Shown here: positions 36,927 through 50,769 of the stretch, piece by piece
How the letters are laid out: each line of letters begins with the position of its first letter
How positions within the stretch are numbered: the first letter of the stretch is position 1
DNA from: Lingula anatina
Taxonomy: Eukaryota; Animalia; Brachiopoda
DNA length: 64,000 nt
Direction: 5' to 3'
Assembly (NCBI GenBank): GCA_051362555.1
Contig: CM120643.1
Location: forward strand, 9,610,001-9,674,000
Notes under the pieces: generated by a model
Seen by the model: only the letters and a program-made list of their open reading frames with translations
What the model was told of the DNA's origin: nothing
Databases searched by the model: none
Program-made: the position numbers and the translations under genes

Positions 36927-37213
36927 CTGCTTGTCAAATGGGTAATTCTGGACTTTACGTCAACTTAATGGATAGCCTTGAAATAAACAGTGAGAGTCTA
37001 AATCGTTTACTCCTATTTTTCAGTATAAAATCATCCAGGCAATGCTATTACACGGACATTTTGCCCCTGAACAGACGGTGCCTGAGACTGTCGCGGACGC
37101 ACAACTCACGTAACGTCAAGCGTACGTGGTGTCATTTCACGTTATCCGCTTGACGTTTTACGTCACACAGATGACGTCATCAAGTGTATGTTGCACAACG
37201 TTACAACTCCCGT
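36927..37213 (-). promoter_or_regulatory. Probable non-coding first exon and promoter of the WSC gene, copy A
   Basis: Minus-strand donor CAG/GTAAGT at 36927/36926, conserved in copy B. Cluster of ACGT-core motifs, TGACGTCA (37172-37179) and TTGCACAA. Confidence 0.5.
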
Positions 37214-37252
37214 TACATATCGCTGTAGATTCGATAAATTTGAATAGATCTA

Positions 37253-40200
37253 GACTTGCCCTTCAAGAAATCGACGGAAAATAGCTCATTTTCAAATTTG
37301 AATGAACACTGTAGAAAAAGTATATAAGCTCAAGCTCTCAGATTTCGCACATAGGTGCGATATTATGTAAAGAATAAATGTTGTAAATTCCAATACAATT
37401 GGTTGTGTAGATTTTGAGATAGAACGCTCTGAATGTACTGCAAACCATAACACTTACGCCTTCAAGATCTCGACGGAAACCGGAAGTGCGTCGTGACGTC
37501 ATTCCATTGTGCTTGGGAAGATGCTGGATGATTTTCTGTTGAGAAGGACTTCGTTTTTTATCAAAATATTAAGTAAATGACTTTGCAAACCACGCATATA
37601 GTTTTTTTTTAAGTAAAAAAAGCTATTTAAGACTAAGTTTTGTTTTTTTATTTCGATTTATATTTCAATGTTGTCTCATGTTTTCATAGCATTTCAAGAA
37701 AGTTCAAACGATTCACGAATTCGGCTTTTAATGATGTCTGAAGCGTGTAAGGCGTCATATATGTTTATAGAAAGTGTATTAGAAATTGAACTTAAGTAAA
37801 CGTACTGAGAACGAACTCTAGACTCACAAATAGTGTTTGGTCATAAAAGATTTTACTTTTCTCAAAGACCACTTATATTTCCACTACAATCTTATAATAT
37901 ACAGAGGTAGTCCTAATTACGTATACCGCCCCATTTTAATCAAAACGGAAAAAAGAATACACACACATTTTATCATTTCAAGATGAACAATGTGACAGAA
38001 AACAAACAATCACAGACGACAGAATTTACAACAGACATGAAGGGGCAAATGAAGGGCCACAAATTTATGTACATTACTTTATCTGTAATATTAATACGTT
38101 GAAAAACTGTAATTATAATAATAAACAATATACATGTTGAAAAGAACTAAACCAATACTCTTTTATTCTGATGCCTGCCAGCAGTTATGGCATAAAAAAA
38201 CGTCCAAAAATGTGGGTGTTTTCGCGCAAGAAAGATGTTCTTGCGCATTGCAAACGACACACCGAATAAACTCGTACACTTCTTCCACCAACTCAGTTGT
38301 GCTAGTACTTGGTGGCTCCATACCGTTGCATACGGTACATATCGGTGCCGGCCGACGGGGTGTAGGTCTACTTGGTGCCACGGTTCCTTCCCGCGGTTCT
38401 TCAATGAAGAAATTTCCTGCCACGATGCCCATTCTTTTTGCCCTCTTTTCATATGCTCTTTTCCTTTTCTCTTCTTCCTTTTTCTCTTTCTCCTGTCTTC
38501 TTAATTCTTTTCTCCGTTCCACTTCCAAGGCCTTCTGTGCCTTTCGATCGTGTGCCTCAGCCCTCTTTCTCTCCCTCTCCTCGCCCGCTCTTTTCTTCTC
38601 CTCCTCCTTCTCTATCCTTCGCTTAGCGGCATCTTCCCTTTTCTTCTGTTTTTCTTGAACAATCCTTTGGCTTTCTTCCTCTTTTCTTCTTTTTTCTGCC
38701 ATCACTTCGTCCGACGTCAGTACTTGCGATCTACTATAATCTGTTGCAAATCTTCTTTTTCTCATGGGTGCCCCTTCTGCTGGTACAATCAGCACTTTCG
38801 CGATGGTTGGAGACACTATGCCCATCTTCACCATTGGGTGTTGCTCAATCTTGCATATGTGACCACAGTAACAGACAGGTGTCGCGTCAGTAGAGTCTGT
38901 TTGCGTCATCGAGTCCGTCTTGTCTGTCGGCTGTCCATTGTCATCGTAATATGTCTGAGTGGTTTGGTCTTTTCTCTCTTCGTCGTCACCGCTGCACTCC
39001 AATATGAGGCAGCACACGTCTCCACTTGTCTTTGTCTTCTTATGTGCTCTGTCGTTTTCTATGTATTTATCTGCCTTTATAGCTTTTGGGTTGAGTGGCC
39101 ATATCCCTGTAGTTTTGAAAGACGCTGATAGTTTTTCTGGTGTTAGTGCTTTCCTTCGAGCAGATTTAAAAATTGCTGGAAAAGTTGCTTTAGTGATAAG
39201 AAGGTTTTTCCGTAAAAGACTGGCGGATTTTGCAATTTTTCTATACTCCAATTTTAGATCTTTAAAAATTTGATCCAGGGGTTGTAAAAAATGAGAAGTG
39301 TGGGCTGGGATATTAAATAAAATGATGTTGTTTTCCTTAGCACTGTCAATAAGACCTTTGGAAGCATGGGCTGCTAAGTTGTCTTGCAACAATATCAAGG
39401 GCCTGGCAGAGGGGGCGTGTTTCAAGAAAATTTTGACAAACCATTGCAAATACATGTCAGAGTCTATGTACCCCGACTCAGAGGAGCCATAAAGGGCGTC
39501 TTCCGGCCCTTGCTGTATGGCTTCAGGTGCTGGGGGACAGCCCTCGAATATAATCATCGGTGGCAGCAGCTGGCCAACGGCACTGCCACACTCCACGACA
39601 GTAACATGGTTGGCATTGGTTACCTCTCTTTCATATGGGAACTGTTTTCCCTTCTTGGCGACAACTTTCGAGCTTGCTCTAGACTGAAAGTAAGTCTCAT
39701 CTACATTGTAGATTTTACTTGGATCGGTAATGTTGTGCAGTGCGAGGGTTTCTTTTAGTAAATCAAAATGCGATTCTGCAACGGATGGCTGCGACATGAC
39801 GGCTCTGCCTCTGAAAAATAATTTTCTAGAACGGTTAGAGCACAGCGATTTTGCCTTTAAGTACCTTTAACACAATGCCTTTGTTAAATGGAGGAAAAAA
39901 GCCCACACTCATATGTGAACATTTTAGGTTGTAAAAAAATTGAATTTGCAATGACCATCATTATTATTACCACAATCATTATTATTTTCAGTCACAGGCA
40001 CACCTATTGATTAATCCCGGCTTTCTTAGAGAGAGCTCGGGGTGCCTTTGCCTAAGGCGCCACCACCAACCATCCGATGCAAGAAACTCCACATTTGGGT
40101 CCCTTTCTTTCATGATCCCTTTTGCAAAGTGCCCCATCAGGTCTCTTGTCAGAGGAAAACCCCAGTCAGCCATAAGCATAGCATAGGCTATTAGGGCTTC

Positions 40201-41679
40201 CTCGTCGTCTGGGTTCATTAACGGTTTTTTCTTAGGTGTAAACTTCAGTCTTCCTTTTGTGATAGACGCATATAAGAGAGAGACAGAGAAATGAAGTGAA
40301 ACAGGATATACCTTAAGAGCAGGACAGGAAAGAGAATTTGCCCAAGGCAAGAATTAAACAACAAATACTCATAAAATTAAAATAAAAACGTTTTTATTTA
40401 CAAACCAATTTACGTTTTAGTTTTTCTTTGTTTTTATTGTTATTAATACGAACATAAAATGCAACTCATACCGTCATTACCAGCGTATATGCTCACGTAT
40501 ATTGTTCACCGGTTCATTACTTTTATAGTCACTACTTGTATATTCTAAGATTCGGTACCTGACACATGGTCACCAATCGTTGTTACTGGCACACCAAAAG
40601 CGCGTGACGCTTCAGTCAACGTGTACGTGCCTGCTTGCACAGACAAAACAGCTGCATCTAATTGTTCTAAGTTATATTTCCGTGGCATTCTGAAAACTGA
40701 TTTGACATTTTTGGTTTAATTAATGTTGTTTTAAAATGTAAACACACATAATTTGGGCTTTTATTTTAGATAAACAAACAGAACTAGGCCATCCTTTGCT
40801 AAAGTTGGATATTCTAAAGGATTTCTTTTTAAATTAAACTTCAATATCAGTTACGTACGTAACCCGTCTTGTAACAGTACTATTGTAAGGGTCTCTAGCG
40901 GCAATTCACCAAACTACTACATGTGTACGTATGTTGTGACACACATTATTGACTCAAACAAGAAAACAATCCTAACTACAATTGATCGGGACGATTTTAT
41001 TTACACTCACAAGAGAGATGAATTGGAGACAAAAACAAAGGACATCATTTGGATACTTAAGATGCCTTTATTCAAGGTTTGTGTTTATCACTAAGTTTGA
41101 TGCAATGTGTTTACAAGCCGTGTACATTTTACCTGTAATACTACGTCGGGTAATACGGAGGTGATAAACATCCAGGGTAGCCCTATAGAGAATTACGGCT
41201 GGGATAATATGTGGAAAACATCAATCAGCCAGTAACGTTTCTTACAAAGGACACGCACCTGTTAGAATTTTAAAAATCTAGAATATATAAAGCAGATGAA
41301 TGTGGTATTTTTCTACTTCATTTGAACTTACAAATGGCGACACCGGCGACAACAAATAATGATAAATTAAATTTACTCATACGAAGGATGCGCAAATAAT
41401 AGGACGTCGACAAGAGCATAAAAGCACGGAAATTTATGTAAGTAAACATTATTTCTGTTCAACTAACTTCTTCTACAACATGTGTAAGGTCGTTATCAAC
41501 GCTTTTGTATTATAAACAAAAGTTTAAATGTTGCGTTCGATACTTTGTATCAGACGCTACAACTTACTTGACTACGCAGTATGTTTACGCAGAGCATGCC
41601 GGGAAAAATAGCGAAAAAAAGCACGTACTTCCGGTTTGCGTCGATTTCTTGAAGGCGTCGATTTCTTGAAGGGCGAGTC
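37253..41679 (-). mobile_element. Apparently autonomous pogo-superfamily (Fot-like, DD35D) DNA transposon
   Basis: 24-bp TIRs GACTYGCCCTTCAAGAAATCGACG; TA TSD; contains a spliced transposase gene. Confidence 0.93.
38163..40688 (-). CDS. pogo/Fot-like transposase: psq-HTH, CENP-B HTH, DDE_1, charged coiled coil, PHD finger (exons ~40688-40559, ~40254-40004, ~39810-38163)
   Basis: MPRKYNLEQL..ASRAFGVPVTTI; DEEALI..WGFPLT..SDGWW..RHPELSLRK; IYNVDET..QDNLAAH..LQPLD (35 aa between the 2nd and 3rd Asp); C-terminal CTVC..IRCVVC..HLSC..FLCHNC. Confidence 0.92.
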
Positions 41680-41771
41680 TACGTGTAGATCTATAAATAT
41701 AATAAGAAACGGTTTAAAATCCTGGAAAGCCTTAATAACACGCTTACAAAATTTAAAAAAAATTATATATA

Positions 41772-43084
41772 CACTGATGCTCATAAGTTAAGCAACACTT
41801 TCTTATTTCTCGAATTTCTCAGCAACCAAAATTTTTATTGAGGCAAAATTTGTACAATAGCTAGATATTTCTCTTGTTTTTACTTTGACTTACTGGACCG
41901 TGACATTACAGTACTATTTACTGTTGGACACGATAGAATATGCAATGGGGGTCCCACTTGCGAAAAACACAGTTTGGCCATGCCATGAGGAGCTTCCAGT
42001 TTGGCTAGTTTCATGGGCACAATTTGTTATTTTGGACCAACCAATGGTTAGAAGAGGACTCAACGAGGTAATCAGATGGCAAATAATGGGAAGCCATCGT
42101 GCTGGGGTGCCAAAGAGACAGATTGCAAGGCAACAAAAAAGTAGCACCAAGTCAAGTGTCCAAGCTGGTAGCAAAATGGCGCCAAACTCATCATGTATTG
42201 GACAAGCCTCTTTCTGGTAGAATAATATTAATCGACGCAAGAGATGAAGATATCTGGTTCGATTATGCCACCAGGACCAATTCATATCAACCAAACAATG
42301 AAAAATTGCCACCGTACGTCATTCAAGGGAGGTGCCCTGGTCAACAATACAGAGACGAAATACCATTGGGGTGCATACAATCACACATTCAAGCAAATCC
42401 AGAAAGAAAAATCATTTTGGTGCAGGACAATGCGCCCATCCAGAAAGCATGGTCCCTGCAAGACGCGCTGCAACAACGCGGTAACCCACATTTGGATTGG
42501 CCTGCATATTTACCAGTTCTCAATGTAATAGAACATGCTTAGGATATGATTGACAGGGCAGTAAATGAGAGCCAACCTCCAGTTAGAAACATTAAAGAGG
42601 TCCAGCAGGCAGTAAATGAAGAATGGAACTGGCTCTCAAAGCAAGATTGGCAGAATTTGGTGGCAAGTTGCAGGAGACAATGTGAAGCTGTTGTTCAAAA
42701 CCAGGGAGGGCACACCCGATATTTATTGCATAATAGACGATTAATCATCTATTATCTACAGACTTCTTTTATTAAATCTAATTCTTAGATGATCGAACTT
42801 TATTTTTTCATAATAAGCTGTTTTAATCAGCACGTACTTTTTGCTGTGTGAGCATACTTTTTTGACACATGGTTTGGCATATTTTAGTACCGTTTGGTTA
42901 ATAAAGTTATTTTGATTATTACAATAAGCTATGTTGTGTATATATTTAACAGAAATATTCAACTTGAATAAGTTATTTATAAAATATGAAAGAAATATGC
43001 ATAACCCCACCAACAAATGAAATAATGAACATGATAGAAGAAACTTTTGAAAAAATCGGGGTGTTGCTTAACTTATGAGCATCA

Positions 43085-43087
<3 letters not shown>
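41772..43087 (+). mobile_element. Internally deleted Tc1-like transposon
   Basis: TIR CACTGATGCTCATAAGTTAAGCAACAC; TA TSD. Broken transposase at 42043-42730 (RWQIMG..RQIAR; QDNAP..DWPAY.P.LNVIEHA; GGHTRY). Confidence 0.92.

Positions 43088-43141
<54 letters not shown>
43088..43141. repeat. (TA)n microsatellite
   Basis: TA run adjoining the Tc1 TSD. Confidence 0.95.
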
Positions 43142-43144
<3 letters not shown>

Positions 43145-43421
43145 CCATTGGAGCTTAGATGGCACAACTACAAATTTAAAATCGGGGGAAATCTGTAGGC
43201 CAAAGGCGTTAAGGTAGATCGGTCGTTACGTAATTTGACGATTTGCGCAATTTCAGCGCATCGTCAATCGTCTCTAACGACACTCCAGTCTGTTTTATTA
43301 ATTTAAGGAAATAAAACAATTATCTGTAAGATAAACACACATTATCAACTTGTCTGTAACTCTGTATGATCGATACAGATTTTCGACAACGTTTGTCGAC
43401 TATGATTCCATACGACAACTG

Positions 43422-44155
43422 GCCCCCGTTTCACAAAGAATCTTAAATCCGTAGACGTCTTACTCGAGCTGGGTGGCCTAGCTAGGTCGACTTAGCTGAA
43501 GTCGACTTGGAGTGTTTCACAAAGAATCTAACGTCTTAGCTTGGCGTGCTTACCGTAGTCGACGCGCACGAGAAACTCTTCAAGAAAAGGAGGTGTAAAA
43601 TTGCAAAAGTTTCACAAGACATGACGTTTCATGGCGTCTTTCGGCCGAGAACGATCGTTTATCAACGATAAAAGTCAGCCAAAACACAAACAAAGTTTGT
43701 TTTTGAACTTTATTGATTAGTTTCACTTCAATACAACTTCAAAGCAACAGTTAAACATTAGCTTGTCGTGGAACACTACTGAGGGACGTCTAGCGGTCAA
43801 AAACATAAACAAACACGCGATCGGCTGGGTAAAGAGGAATTTTATTTTTTATTTCAATATTCCATAAATGTCAGTGCTATTCAAGGATATTATAACACAA
43901 TATCTTGAAGGAGGTATGTTCTTTCCAAATTTTTGTTGTTTATGCTCTCATTTACCGAGTTTTAGTTGAGCTTGCGTACTTAAGTCTCCTCCCGAGGAGG
44001 CTTGACATCGTCGACTTACAGCTAAGAAAAAAACGACGTAAGCGACCTTTTAGATTCTTTGTGAAACGGGACTTAGTGACGTAACGACTTAATTACGTTG
44101 GTAACCAAGCCCTAAGTCAGGGAAACCGACTTAAGTTTTTTTGTGAAACGGGGTC
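43422..44155 (-). mobile_element. Harbinger MITE family H1 (inverted relative to the 17457 copy)
   Basis: Same TIRs and interior as 17457-18189; TSD CTG. Confidence 0.95.
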
Positions 44156-44742
44156 CTGTAGCACGTTCATAGACTTGCCCTTCAAGAAATCGTCGGAATA
44201 GCTCCTTTTCCAATTTGAATTGGCACTAGAAAATGTATGACAGCTAAAGCTCACAAATTATGCACGTAGGTGCTATGTCATGTAAAGAATAAGTGTTGTA
44301 AATTCCAATCAAAGCGGCTGCGTATATTTTGAGGTAGAACGCTCTGAATGTGCTGCTGTAGTTTAGATTTCGACGAAAACCGGAAGTGCGTCGTAACGCC
44401 ACTCATTTGGAAATTTGGACTGAGAAATATTTCGTAGCTTATACAAATGTTCAGAAAATGGCCATAGGGTCTACAGCTTGAAGAAAATTCACTAATCAAA
44501 ATTGAAACTGCGTTATATTTTACAGAAAAATTGTGCACTTCTGACCTTGCCCCCGTTTCACAAAAAAACTTAAGTCGGGTTCTCTGACTTAGGGCTTGGT
44601 TACCAACGTAATTAAGTCGTTACGTCACTAAGTCCCGTTTCACAAAGAATCTAAAAGGTCGCTTACGTCGTTTTTTTCTAAGCTGTAAGTCGACGATGTC
44701 AACCCTCCTCGGGAGGAGACTTAAGTCGTCGCTATCAGCAAA

Positions 44743-45688
44743 ATGGCCGCTGCCGTAGTTGTCCAAAATCTTCATCGTCGGGCTCTTCGAAGAGAGCGTG
44801 TCTTCAGAGACCGTGAGAATCCTTTAGATTATTTTAATGACGATCAGCTGAGGGAGCGTTTTAGGTTTAGAAGACATTCTATTTTATTTATCCTTCAATT
44901 TATCAATAATACAATTCAACCTCCAACCAATAGAAGTCACTCAATACCGGCACTATTTCAGTTATTGATTACTTTGAGATTTTTAGCCACTGGTTCGTTT
45001 ATGTTTGTTGTTGGGGATACAATCCCCAGAATATCCAAAGCAACTGTGTCCAGAGTGGTAAGAAGAGTTACTGTGGAAATAACACGTCTTGCAGGACAGT
45101 TCGTACAGTTTCCTAATGGAAGGCGACTTGAAGAAGTAAAGAAGGGGTTTTTCCAACTTGCCGGTAAGTGCACAACCTTCAATTGACCTTGTTTACATTA
45201 GACAGCGTTCGAAAACATAGAGGGCGCTTACAATTGCACTCGTCTCACCTAAAACAATTGCTTACAGATATAAAGTAGGTCATGTTGTGCTTCGTGGATG
45301 TAAACAAAGGCGGGCAACGTGGAACGTTAGCTTAGTAGGGAGAGCGGTTGCAAGAAAAGCTAAGTATTTGGATTCAAAACCCGGCATATGGTTGTCAAGT
45401 GGCCATCAATATATATTTGGTAACTTCTTTTCATAACTTATTCAACATTTTTTCACAGGAATGCCCAATGTAATAGGTGCCATCGACTGTACTCACGTAC
45501 ATATACTGGCACCAACTGGGGCTAGGGAGCCAGATTTTGTGAACAGAAAGGGCAGACACAGCCTAAATGTACAGGTAAAATATTTAATGACTTTTTTGTT
45601 TTATTGACTTGTCGAAAAAGTACATTTGTTATTGTATATATTTTATATCCAATACATTATTTTGAGAATTATAAAAAAATCATAAATT

Positions 45689-45728
<40 letters not shown>

Positions 45729-47502
45729 TTTTATTGACTTTTGTAAATTCACTGATTTCACTTACACATCAATGAACAACACTGCTTCATGAAGCATTTG
45801 ATTAAATAGAGAGAAAATGTCTTTTAAAATCTAAAATATAAAACTTGCTGTAACAATAATATGTGAAAAAATAATAACAATAACTTTATATAACAAACTT
45901 TAACAATTCATGTATTTTTACAAATTCCTTTTCTGAAAAAATGTTTTCCTTTCTCCAATATAAAAATATAATTCAATAAATTACAAGATTTCAAACACTA
46001 AAACATGTATGTACATTTATAATATATATACACTAATATGCTGAAAAACACTAACAATTTAATACTTGTACTTTGCACAAAAATATACAAAATTTATCGG
46101 AACACTACAATTTCAATTTAAGTGCAAGTTTTTCTAACCACCAAAGGTAGGCTCTGTTATAGGGCTATTGCCTATTCTTGTAAAACCTATTGTTCAATTA
46201 TGCCGTGATTAGAGTAATTAAGCAGGTATTACTGGCCAAGACAAGAGCAACACCCACCCAAATTTCACAATTTTCAGATATTTTAATATTAAAATATATC
46301 GCCAACAAAAGAAAAGGCCACAAGGATCTCTTTTGTACTTTATATGTTCAATGTTCCTTTACAAACCCATACATGTTTGACAGCCATAGGACTTCTACTA
46401 GTGGGTATATGACCCTCTGAAAATCGCCATGCGTGAACTTAGTTTTGGGGGGTGGGGTAAAAAAAAGGGGGTACAGTGTGGACAAGGTGGGTTATATTTT
46501 TAGTTTGAATGTCTTATGATGACTGAAAATTTTCTGCGAAAGCTGGAATACCAGAAAATTGGGCATAAATCCCCTGATATACAGTTTTATGGCATAACAT
46601 TTAGCAGAAGTTAATAGGGTCCTCAGGCAAGTATTTCAGCCCAATAAGGTCAAATTCTGTGAACCCCCACCTTGCTGCACTTGTCTGGTGCTTAAAGAAA
46701 ACTGGCACTTAAATCTTTTAACTCTCCACATTTCCTTGCACTCTTCTCTGGTCATTTGACATGGTTTTCAGCTGTAAATAAAAAGTAAACACTTTGCACA
46801 TTTATTATACATTACACAAAGCTAAGTAATAAAAATGAAATTATTTTACACACATTATATATATAATTTCCCCATACTTTTTCAGTTAGTTTGTGATCAT
46901 GCCTTTGTTGTGACCAACATGGTGGTCAAGTGGCCTGGATCTGTACATGATTCAAGAATATTTAGGCAGTCCAATTTGTTCAGGCACTTAGAAAATGGTA
47001 AATGTACATATATTTAATATACTTATTTTAAAAGCACAGGTTTATTAATTGATTTTTAATTTATACATTAAGAGCAGTATTCAGTACATTTGGTAATTTC
47101 TATTTATAAATTTCTCTAATTTTTTCAGCTCCACATTGTGGTTTCCTTTTAGGAGATAGTGGATATGGCTGTCGCCCATTTCTTCTAACCCCTTTTCACA
47201 ACCCAGCACCTGGGCCACAAACAAATTACAACAGATCCCATTGTAGGACAAGAGTTACAATTGAGCAAACCAATGGAATTCTCAAGGCCAGATTCCCTTG
47301 TCTAAATTTTCTCCGTTTAACACCAGAAAGGTCAATAACTGTAATTAGCACTTGTGTGATTTTGAATAACATTGCAAGAAGAGTAAATGATAATTTCCCA
47401 CCACCCCAAATTGTTAATCAAATCCAACTACCCCCACCAGTACCAGTTCAGAATGATGGTTTCACTATGCGAGATGGAGTTGTACGAGCATATTTCTCAT
47501 AA
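44743..47502 (+). CDS. Harbinger DDE transposase (HARBI1-like); exons 44743-45163, 45459-45574, 46886-46997, 47129-47502
   Basis: Phase-compatible GT-AG introns. Motifs [53 protein letters not shown]. No stops seen. Confidence 0.95.
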
Positions 47503-47611
47503 TGTTAAATATGTAGATGGATATACCCCACAAACTATATGCTTTGACATAACTGTAGCTGCATTTATATCATAAAAATGTGCATTGTTTTGAATCATTA
47601 ATACACTGACC

Positions 47612-49308
47612 TTAAAGTTGATGCATATTAGCCTCCAATGAGGCAATCTCCAACTGCAGCCTTCTCTTTTTCAATTTAGCTACATCCGTCCACTCCCTTA
47701 AATATTCTTTGTACAAGTCATTTACGCTGTCCTTCTTGTTTGGAACCTGTACATTAAAAAAGAAAATTTGTTGAAACAATAACAATTTTTTAAAAGATAA
47801 ATGTATTTTTCAGAATTAATTATAATATTTCACTATTAACCGAAAGTGACAGTACTTTACAAGAGATCAAACAATGTTTTACCCGAATGATATATATGGT
47901 TTTAGTTTTTGAGGATTGAGGTTTGAAAATCACTTACAGGTTTTTCTGCTACTGAATTATTTTCAGCAACTTCCTGTAAATAAAGTTGAAACATGTTGTG
48001 AAAGTTTGTGTTACTACTGCATTTCAATTACCATAAGCCAATGCATACTATAAATTTAAAAAAAAATTATCATAAAATCTATAGACAATAGAATTAAGTT
48101 AGATTGCACAGTTTTGACAAGTAACAATGTAATTTGCAAACCTCTGGTGTGGACTCTTCATCTGCAGCCTAAGAAATGAAAATAACAACATGATTATGGA
48201 AAATTAAACCATTTATATGTAACATACACATGCTACATTATATACACCATTATGTATGTATGTATTAAATATATTTCCATTGATATTATTGTTAAAACCA
48301 CAAGCTGCAATCATGTACATCTCACAATGTTATTGATCCTTACATTGTTATTGTCCCCTATTCCTTCTTCAAATTCCACTATAAACAAAAAGGTAAAACA
48401 TTTGTACTATTAACAAAGAAATGAGAAATCAGTAAAATAAGCATTTTTTCAAGATTTCTTTTGCTGTTATTATTGAAATTACTTGTAAGAATCCTACTAA
48501 TAGAATCCATGCAGGTATTTCTCAAAGTGTAATTAAAACTATGTATGTAATTTATATTATAATCAAAGTTGTACTTACATGTGTGACCACTTGAGGGTCC
48601 TGCAGCATAGTCTTTAATTAACAAAATTACAATATTAAATTTTGAATATGGTGGTTATCTTTAATCTAATAAGTACATAACAGTTAATAATTAAATATTA
48701 ACAAAAGCAATAATAGAAAATGTTACTGGAGTTTGCTTTGAACATTTCATTGTTTATTTTTATTGTGAATTTACCAATGTACTTACCTACTGAGTTGGTT
48801 TCTCCTTCAAAACCAAATTCAATTCCAGCTTCTAAACCATCCACGGAGGGCCTACCATGGAGGCCCTCCATGACCATGTCCTCAGCTGTGGACATGGTCA
48901 CAGCAGGGCCTCCACCAGTCCTCCTAGTTTCATCCCTCTTTCTTTTGGCTACAAGCAAGGATAATTTATTAAAAATGTTTCTTTAGACAACTACCCCAAG
49001 TAACCAATACAACTAATAGGATATTGATATTTATGGGAAATGTTATAAATTAACATTAAAGGAACATAATTAGTAAACATATTAATTTTAATAATGAAAA
49101 TAGGTACTGCACAATTTAATTGTATAGAAAGTGACCCATGCAGCTGCAGCACAAAATTTCTTACCATTCTGTGTAATGTTTTTCATCTTCTTTCTGATCT
49201 CTAGCCCATCCCGAATGACAAATGGATTTTGGCTATAATTTATAAGTCGAAACTGTCAAAATTTAAGCATTTATTTCAAAACATACAGTTACACAAATTT
49301 ACAAGCAA

Positions 49309-49361
<53 letters not shown>

Positions 49362-49791
49362 GAAAAGAAGTATGCTTTTTCACAAAGAAAAAAAGTCATT
49401 GAAATTCAGGCCAGGATAACTTAAAAAGAGGTCTCTGTACCTGTTCACTACTGAGGCTATCTCCTCCCAATTCTTCTTCTTCTCTGCCACTGTAATTTTT
49501 GATGAAAATTTCCCTTCCAACACCGCTTTTCTCTTATTAAACTCCTCAACTATAATGATCTCCTCTGTTTTGCTAAAATTTGGTTTTCTAGTGGTTTCCT
49601 TAAGAAATACATATATGGACCTTGTTAAATATTATTATATATGTACAATATATATATATGTATTTGTAAATCAATATAAATAATTTTCAATTAATGTAAT
49701 GATCCCACTTTTAAATAACTGCTTAAAATTTTTAAAAGTTTAAAATAAAGCAATCAACATTTGAGTGGAGAACTTAAACTAAACTTACCAT
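47612..49791 (-). CDS. Harbinger Myb/SANT-like DNA-binding protein (multi-exon)
   Basis: ATG/GTAAGT at 49791-49789. Exons encode RKPNFSKTEE..FSSKITVAEKKKNWEEIA..VN, RDGLEIRKKMKN and RRTGGGP; last exon VPNKK..LKKRRLQLEI..HQL*. Small middle exons are not fully resolved. Confidence 0.85.
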
Positions 49792-50769
49792 TTTGTTCAA
49801 TGACAAACCTAGGAGAAGGAACAATTAAAATTTTTTTTTTTTTTTTTTTATTTGTTTAATATATATTTATTTATAATTTACAAAAGTCAATAAAAGTATA
49901 TTTTTTATATATTTATATATTTGCTATAATGTTAAATATTATTGAGTGTCTCGTAATATTTAAATGGAACATAATTAATAGAGTAAATAAGTTATGTGTG
50001 TGAAGAGCGCACACTTACACATACTGTATTTCCCGCAATTTTTACCCTCATATAATTGAAGCACTTTTTCATTTTAAGTTGTTAAATGTAAAATGCCACA
50101 AAATAGCACAATTAATTCGTATAAACATAGTCAATATAACTCTTTTCTATTCATTTCAAAGCAATGCAATGCCGATAATGCCATTTTTAGTTTCGTTTCA
50201 TCAAAATAAAAGCTGCATAAATAAAAACTCACCTACGTCGTACGAAGCAGCGAGCGTGGGTCACGTGATCAAAACAACGGCAACTCTCAACCTCCAATAC
50301 CACAAGAGCGACGAACGCGCGTGAACCAAGTCGACTTCGGTAAGTTCATCAAGCTAAGACGTTAGATTCTTTGTGAAACACTCCAAGTCGACTTCAGCTT
50401 AGTCGACCTAGCTAGGCCACCCAGCTCGAGTAAGACGTCTACGGATTTAAGATTCTTTGTGAAACGGGGGCCTTGACTTGTCAGTGTAAACAAAGTGTAC
50501 TGAACGCACCGCAAGCAAGCACGTGAATGCCGCATTTGATACTTTGTATCAGACGCTTCATTTTACTTGACAACACAGTGTTTACGATGTCACGTTCATG
50601 TTATATTCATTAATAAATAACAACGGCAATAAACTATTTTCATTTGCATGAGTATTTCCCTTATTATTCTCTTCAATAATTTTGTTGTTAAGTTAATGGC
50701 TTACACCTTCTCATCAGTTTGACAAATCTGAAAATAGCTGAGTATACTCACTTCAACTGTTAAACATAA

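Larger units (their letters stand above)
33105..37213. repeat. Segmental duplication copy A (paralog at 58688-62073)
   Basis: Collinear, highly similar sequence covering the 3' flank, exons, introns, (TA)n and upstream region. 35737-36855 is replaced by unrelated sequence in copy B. Confidence 0.95.
44549..50471 (+). mobile_element. Apparently autonomous PIF/Harbinger transposon (family H1)
   Basis: TIR GCCCCCGTTTCACAAA; TSD CTT at 44546-44548 and 50472-50474; convergent transposase and Myb/SANT genes. Confidence 0.96.
44172..50590. mobile_element. Truncated pogo-family MITE split by the Harbinger element
   Basis: Starts TA-GACTTGCCCTTCAAG. 44172-44548 plus 50475-50590 match the reverse complement of 35737-36344. 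The second TIR is missing. Confidence 0.85.

Noticed and set aside
38134-39758. Several plus-strand ORFs
   Set aside because: Antisense shadows of the pogo transposase.
44743-47502. Domesticated host HARBI1 gene
   Set aside because: It is enclosed by TIRs and a TSD and has MITE relatives, so it is a transposon gene.
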